Assembly: GCA_012862495.1 (NCBI GenBank)
Contig: BLSG01000411.1
Location: 344,817 to 408,816, forward strand
Direction of reading: 5' to 3'
DNA: 64,000 nucleotides
Source: Thraustochytrium aureum
Lineage: Eukaryota
Shown here in pieces: positions 58,701 to 64,000 of this stretch. How positions within the stretch are numbered: position 1 is the stretch's first letter; each line of letters begins with the position of its first letter. The notes under the pieces are model-generated. The model worked only from the letters and a program-made list of their open reading frames with translations. It ran no database searches and was not told where the DNA came from. The translations under genes and the position numbers were made by a program.

Positions 58701-60059
58701 ACGGTCCGGCTGTTCTCGCGAGCGTCCTCGACCCGCTAGCCGAGTCTGAGTCCGAGCCAGAGCTACTGCTGGAGTTGGAGCTCGACTCAGACGGGGAGCC
58801 AGAGCTCGAGCTGCTCGAGCTGCTCAGGTTGCTGCTTCTGGACCGGGCACGCCTTACGGAACGGGGCTTCGCCGACAGGTCGCCCGCGAGCTCGTCGTCG
58901 CTCGTGAGGTCGACCGCACTGTCACTTGCCGACGCGAAAGTTGCCCCGCGCGCGGCGCGTCGGCCAGTGTCCACGCAACGGCTCGCATGCAGCTCGATCG
59001 CGCTCGCATGAAACTTCCGGAAACACACCGGGCACGCTATTCCAGCAGTGTCAGGGGCTTCATCACCGCCGCGCGTCTCGCCCGCCGTCGCAGCTGACGA
59101 GCTGCAGCTTCCTTTTCACGTCTGGATTCCTTGGCTGCCTTTTTGGCCGCTTTCCTGGCCTCCTTGTCGGCCTTCTTGGCGGCCTTTCTCGCTTGTCGGG
59201 CCTCCTCTTTCACTAGTTTACGTGCCGCTTTGGCCTTTGCCCGGTCCGCCTTGGGCGCCTTTGGGGTTGCGGGCGCTTTCAGCTTATCCATCGACGCGAC
59301 AGAGCTTGTGCGCACGCGCTTCTTGCCCGAGACGGCCTCTTCGACCTTCCCAAACGGGTTGACGCCTGGGCGCGGCGGTGACGCCGATGCAGATTTGGCC
59401 TTTCCTGCCGAAGCAAGGAGGGAGTCCAGGCCAGGCCCGGGAGCGCGGCTGGAAGCGGCGCTCAATCCGCTCTTCTGCGATGCAGAGACCGCTATGGGCG
59501 CCTTTGCGCTTGGCGCCCGCGCCGCAGCGCCTCCCAGTGGCACACCCGGTACGGCTTTGCCTTGCTGGACGAGGCGCTCTCGGCGCTCGCGCTCGCGACG
59601 CTCGCCTTGGAGCAAAAGGGTGCGCATGATCTGGATTTTGATTTGGAGCTCTTCAGCGCGCGAGAGTTCACCGCTCGGCGGCTGCGAGCGTTCTGCCCTC
59701 AGACTGTTCTTGGCGCTCGTCTCGAGGATGTGGATGAGCTTCCTCAAGGAAACCAGGGAGACCTTTGCGCCCGCGTCACCCGCTTCATTGCTGCCGCCGA
59801 TCTTGTCCGCGAGCGAGCGGTCCGCCAGGAACGCGGAAAGCGGTCGGGGCTCGCGACGCTTCGTCTGCGACTTGATCCGGCTCTCGAGCTGGTCGACCAC
59901 ATTTCTCTCGATCTCCTCCGGGTTGAACGCGCGTAGACCGAGCCCGGCCAAGCTCTCGAGCGTATCCTTGCTTCCAGAAAACTCCGACGAGCTGGTGCCC
60001 AGCACATTCGTCGCGCGCGTCTTCAAGCCGAGCGTCTGCCGCGGCTTGTCATCCGCCAT
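55789..60059 (-). CDS. ERCC6: SNF2-family DNA translocase CSB/Rad26; frameshift near 59100, small gap 56031-56160
   Basis: LAGLGLRAFNPEEIERNV (CSB N-terminus), GGILGDEMGLGKTVQ, VVLDEGHKIRNPD, SPIQNNLRELWSLFDFV.PGRLGTLP, GGYSNAT, TKVGGLGINLTGANRV, QARERAWRVGQ, IEEKMYHRQIFKQ, VPTWTG, and C-terminal FRQLLRQIA. Confidence 0.96.
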
Positions 60060-60353
60060 CTCGTCTCACCGCCTCCCAAGCCGCTCGACCGCTCAGTTCC
60101 GCGTCGTCGCCCGAATGCCAGCCAGCCCGCCCGCCCGCCCGCCCGCTTGCCTTCCAGCCAGCCGACCGCCGGGAAGGAAGGACGCGAGGGCGGGAGGCCG
60201 GGAGAGAGCTGGCGCGCGCCGTCTCCCGAGCCCTTCCGCGCCGGGCCCTGCCCGCCTCGCTGCGCTGCCGCGAGTGAGTGCTCGTTCGGGGTCTGTTCTG
60301 TTCCGTTCTGTTCTGTTCGCTCACGGTCAGAACAGAAGAAGCTGCGCCGCGAG

Positions 60354-60517
60354 GCGTAGAGCTCTTTGTTCTAAGCCGCAACGCGTAGAGTTCTTTGTTC
60401 TGAGCCGCAAAGCGTAGAGCTCTTTGTTCTGAGCCACATGGCGTAGCGTTCTTTGTTCTGGGCCGCAAGGCGTAGCGTTCTTTGTTCTGGGCCGCAAGGC
60501 GTGGCGTTCTTTGTTCT
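60354..60517. repeat. 29-bp minisatellite, about 5.7 copies
   Basis: Units start at 60354, 60383, 60412, 60441, 60470 and 60499. Consensus GCGTAGMGYTCTTTGTTCTGRGCCGCAAG. Confidence 0.95.
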
Positions 60518-60687
60518 TCGTTGTTCGGATGCAGTTTGAAAGCGAGCAGAGCGTGAAGGCGGCAAGCGAGTTGGACGCGCGCGGAGCGGCCGAGTTGGCG
60601 CCAGGGCGCGAGGCGGGGCGTGTCTGGTCTGGTCTGTCGGTCTGTCGGCCTGGTCTGTCGGCCTGGTCTGTCGGCCTGTCGGCTCCC

Positions 60688-60755
60688 GCCCGGTGAACTG
60701 CCGCCCGGTGAACTGCCGCCCGGTGAACTGCCGCCCGGTGAACTGCCGCCCGGTG
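60688..60755. repeat. 15-bp tandem repeat x4.5, preceded by (GGTCT/GTCG) repeats
   Basis: gcccggtgaactgcc x4 plus gcccggtg. Confidence 0.95.
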
Positions 60756-60834
60756 GGCCGGATCGCCAGCCGCGGACTGGACGGGGCGCGGAAGACGAGC
60801 GAGGAACGGCGGACCGCTCCCGCTCGGCGCAGTG

Positions 60835-61806
60835 ATGGCGCCGATCTTCAAGGCAGGTGACAGCGGCCTCGCGCTGAACGGGTACGGAGAAGGCCTGCCC
60901 AAAGTCCTGTACGATGTCAAGGTGCTCGATGTCAAGCGGCAGGGCAAGCGGACCAAGTTCTTGGTCCACTTCCACGGCTGGAAGAGCACGTACGACGAGT
61001 GGGTCGAGGAGGTGCTGCCCGTTACGGAAGAGAATCTGGCCAAGAAAGCAGAAATGATTAGCGAAGCGAAGGAGGCGCACCGCAAGCTCAAGCAGAAGCG
61101 CGCCGCCGAGCGGCGCGAGCTGAACAGCGCGATTTTCGCCAAGCGGCCCAGAAAGAGCGACCCCACCGGCCCCGACGACGGCGCGGAGGACGACAGCAAG
61201 TCGGCAGTCGGTTTGCGACTCAACTTCTCCGCCCTGCTGAAAAAGCAGCTCTACGAGGACTACGAAAAGGTGACAATCAAGAAGATGTTGGTTCGCCTCC
61301 CGCGCCGCGTCACGATCGAGACGCTCTGCGAAGAGTACTTTGAGGACGCATCCCGGCCGCACGGACTCTGCTCTAGCTCTGGAAAGATAGCCGCCGAGAC
61401 GGTCAAAGAGATCCTTGACGGGCTCCGTGTGTTTTTCGATCGCGCGGTGGGCCCGTTTCTCCTCTACAGCTTTGAAAAGCTCCAGTACGAGGCGCTTCGC
61501 GAAAAGCACCCGGAAGATGAGAACGACCACCTGATCCTCCGCGAGTCGGCGCAGGAACAGTTGCAGGCCCAGCCGAAGCGCAAGCGACTCTCGCAGCTCT
61601 ACGGCCCAGAGCACTTTCTGCGGCTCTTGCTCAAGCTGCCGAGCTTGCTGCGGCCGCGCGACCTCGTCGACCACGAGGTAGACGTGCTGCAGCTTGTGCT
61701 GCACGACGTGCTCAAGTTTATCGGCAAGCGGCGGGAGCGGTACTTGCCTCCGAGCGCCTACGAGCCGGCTTCCGATGACTACTTGAGGGTAATCCAGGAC
61801 ATGTAG
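60835..61806 (+). CDS. MRG15/Eaf3 chromo-barrel + MRG domain protein
   Basis: LYDVKVL...FLVHFHGWKSTYDEWV, LKKQLYEDYEKVT, LVRLP, EILDGLRVFFDRAVGPFLLYSFEKLQY, SQLYGPEHFLRLLLKLP. Confidence 0.95.
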   Translation: MAPIFKAGDSGLALNGYGEGLPKVLYDVKVLDVKRQGKRTKFLVHFHGWKSTYDEWVEEVLPVTEENLAKKAEMISEAKEAHRKLKQKRAAERRELNSAIFAKRPRKSDPTGPDDGAEDDSKSAVGLRLNFSALLKKQLYEDYEKVTIKKMLVRLPRRVTIETLCEEYFEDASRPHGLCSSSGKIAAETVKEILDGLRVFFDRAVGPFLLYSFEKLQYEALREKHPEDENDHLILRESAQEQLQAQPKRKRLSQLYGPEHFLRLLLKLPSLLRPRDLVDHEVDVLQLVLHDVLKFIGKRRERYLPPSAYEPASDDYLRVIQDM

Positions 61807-62068
61807 CTCGCCGCGCGGTGCGCAAGCAAACGAAGGGAAAAAAGCAAAATATCGAGGTGACTGCGCCCACTACCACGTGCGCTCGCTTTCCCGGTTGCTA
61901 AACAAGGCGACTTGGCGACAGTGCCTCGCCAGAAACCGGCTCGCCAGACCGGGATTCACCATGGCGCGGCGCTTTCCCTTCCACGGATCGTCGCTGTGTC
62001 CATTGACGACCGCTCCTGCGCACGCAACCGCGCCCCCCAGCCCCCCCCCCCCCCTCGGGGCTGCCGAA

Positions 62069-62286
62069 CTAGGGCGCTCGAGGTGCCGCAGACGACGGGC
62101 TTCCGTGCGCGGATGCGAGTTTGGCATCTGCTTGGTCCAGCAAGCTCTTGGTTATCACGTGCTCGGCGTTGCAGTACTCGCAGCGTGTCGCGAACTCGGT
62201 GCTCCCGGCGCTAAACAACTCCTCGCGATCTTGCACCCCCAGCGCGACGGACAACTTGGCCGCGAAGCGCTCTGCAGAGCATGGGC
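62069..62286 (-). CDS. C-terminal zinc-centre region of an Hsp33 (HslO)-family redox chaperone; remainder in gap
   Basis: (C)PCSAERFAAKLSVALGVQDREELFSAGSTEFATRCEYCNAEH fits the Hsp33 CxCS.ER...L..LG..E...CxxC pattern. The first Cys codon is cut by the gap. Confidence 0.75.
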
Positions 62287-63245
62287 NNNNNNNNNNNNNN
62301 NNNNNNNNNNNNNNNNNNNNNNNNNNNNNNNNNNNNNNNNNNNNNNNNNNNNNNNNNNNNNNNNNNNNNNNNNNNNNNNNNNNNNNNNNNNNNNNNNNNN
62401 NNNNNNNNNNNNNNNNNNNNNNNNNNNNNNNNNNNNNNNNNNNNNNNNNNNNNNNNNNNNNNNNNNNNNNNNNNNNNNNNNNNNNNNNNNNNNNNNNNNN
62501 NNNNNNNNNNNNNNNNNNNNNNNNNNNNNNNNNNNNNNNNNNNNNNNNNNNNNNNNNNNNNNNNNNNNNNNNNNNNNNNNNNNNNNNNNNNNNNNNNNNN
62601 NNNNNNNNNNNNNNNNNNNNNNNNNNNNNNNNNNNNNNNNNNNNNNNNNNNNNNNNNNNNNNNNNNNNNNNNNNNNNNNNNNNNNNNNNNNNNNNNNNNN
62701 NNNNNNNNNNNNNNNNNNNNNNNNNNNNNNNNNNNNNNNNNNNNNNNNNNNNNNNNNNNNNNNNNNNNNNNNNNNNNNNNNNNNNNNNNNNNNNNNNNNN
62801 NNNNNNNNNNNNNNNNNNNNNNNNNNNNNNNNNNNNNNNNNNNNNNNNNNNNNNNNNNNNNNNNNNNNNNNNNNNNNNNNNNNNNNNNNNNNNNNNNNNN
62901 NNNNNNNNNNNNNNNNNNNNNNNNNNNNNNNNNNNNNNNNNNNNNNNNNNNNNNNNNNNNNNNNNNNNNNNNNNNNNNNNNNNNNNNNNNNNNNNNNNNN
63001 NNNNNNNNNNNNNNNNNNNNNNNNNNNNNNNNNNNNNNNNNNNNNNNNNNNNNNNNNNNNNNNNNNNNNNNNNNNNNNNNNNNNNNNNNNNNNNNNNNNN
63101 NNNNNNNNNNNNNNNNNNNNNNNNNNNNNNNNNNNNNNNNNNNNNNNNNNNNNNNNNNNNNNNNNNNNNNNNNNNNNNNNNNNNNNNNNNNNNNNNNNNN
63201 NNNNNNNNNNNNNNNNNNNNNNNNNNNNNNNNNNNNNNNNNNNNN

Positions 63246-63939
63246 CTTCCTCGAAAACTGCAGTCGCGCTGTCGCTTTCCTCGAGGACTGCAGTCGCGCC
63301 GTCGCCTTCCTCGAGGACTGCGCCGCCCGAGCTGTCGCTCTCCGGCACAGCGCCGTCCTGTGATGCTGAAGCCGCGTCGTCGACGTGACTGGAGACCCCA
63401 AGGGCAGTGGCCTCTTCGAGAACCGGGTTGGCAGCAGATGCAGCACCCGCGTCGTCGCTCGCCGTCAGAGCGCTTGCGTGTCCGAGGCTCTCTTGCTCGC
63501 TTTGGTCGAGGCTGTTCAGCGTTGAATGGTCCGAGCTGGTAACTTTGGCTGCCTGGTCCGCGCGGGCAGAGTCCACGCTCTGACTGGGGGCCGCGGAGCC
63601 CTCTACAGGTTGAGGCTCAAACTCGGCACCAAGGGCGGCGAGGTCGCCCGCAAACTTGCTGCGCATTGCCGCCGCGTGCTCCTCGGAAAGCTCGCCAAGC
63701 GCTGTTCGAAGCACGCGAGTTGCGTGGGCTTGCACCTGCGCCGGCGTAGATTCCGGCTCGGTGCCACGCGCGACTCCAACAATCGCCTCGAGGACGATCG
63801 CATCGCGACGAGCAAATCCGTCCTTTGCGCTGGCCTGCGCGAAGCGCGAGTGCACGAGGAAAAGGAGGTCTACGAGCTCTGTCATGTCGCGCCGCGCGGC
63901 AGCGGCCCGCTCACCCCCCCCTGCTGCCTGCCCGGCCAC
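63246..63939 (-). CDS. Hypothetical acidic protein with 10-aa repeats, running into a gap
   Basis: MTELVDLLFLVHSRF... helical region, then GAVLEEGDGA / TAVLEESDSA / TAVFEE 30-bp repeats at the gap edge. Confidence 0.55.
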
Positions 63940-64000
63940 GCGCGCGAGGAACGCCTTGAAGACAACGACGAGTTCTGAGACAGGGACCTTTGCGAGCCCC

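Noticed and set aside
60354..60517. 29-bp repeat array as a CRISPR
   Set aside because: Units are directly adjacent with no unique spacers, there are no cas genes, and the context is eukaryotic. It is a minisatellite.

Overview
Gene-dense, GC-rich eukaryotic nuclear DNA, not prokaryotic. It has spliceosomal GT-AG introns with CTAAC branch sites, plus ATG5, ubiquitin-RPS27A, RPL39, exportin-1, ERCC6 and MRG15. The intron-poor, compact layout suggests a heterotrophic protist, possibly a thraustochytrid/labyrinthulomycete stramenopile; this is inference only. The scaffold has 18 N-gaps (about 8 kb) and many single-base frameshifts in otherwise conserved genes, mostly at G/C runs, so ORF-track boundaries are often wrong. 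About 25 genes are recognisable. Most interesting: (1) a plant-type RLPH2-like phosphatase with a GDYCDKG variant; (2) two tandem, diverged XPO1/CRM1 paralogues, both with the assembly gap in the central region; (3) an F-box-like + novel helical repeat + triple UBA-like protein; (4) a CSB/ERCC6 with an N-terminal UBZ4-type zinc finger; (5) an Hsp33-like fragment and a bacterial-type PanE; (6) a ~192-bp duplicated noncoding unit carrying a palindrome and an inverted 25-bp motif; (7) a polarised 29-bp minisatellite in the ERCC6/MRG15 divergent promoter. No CRISPR array, tRNA, rRNA or transposase could be supported, and I found no unambiguous new multi-gene system.
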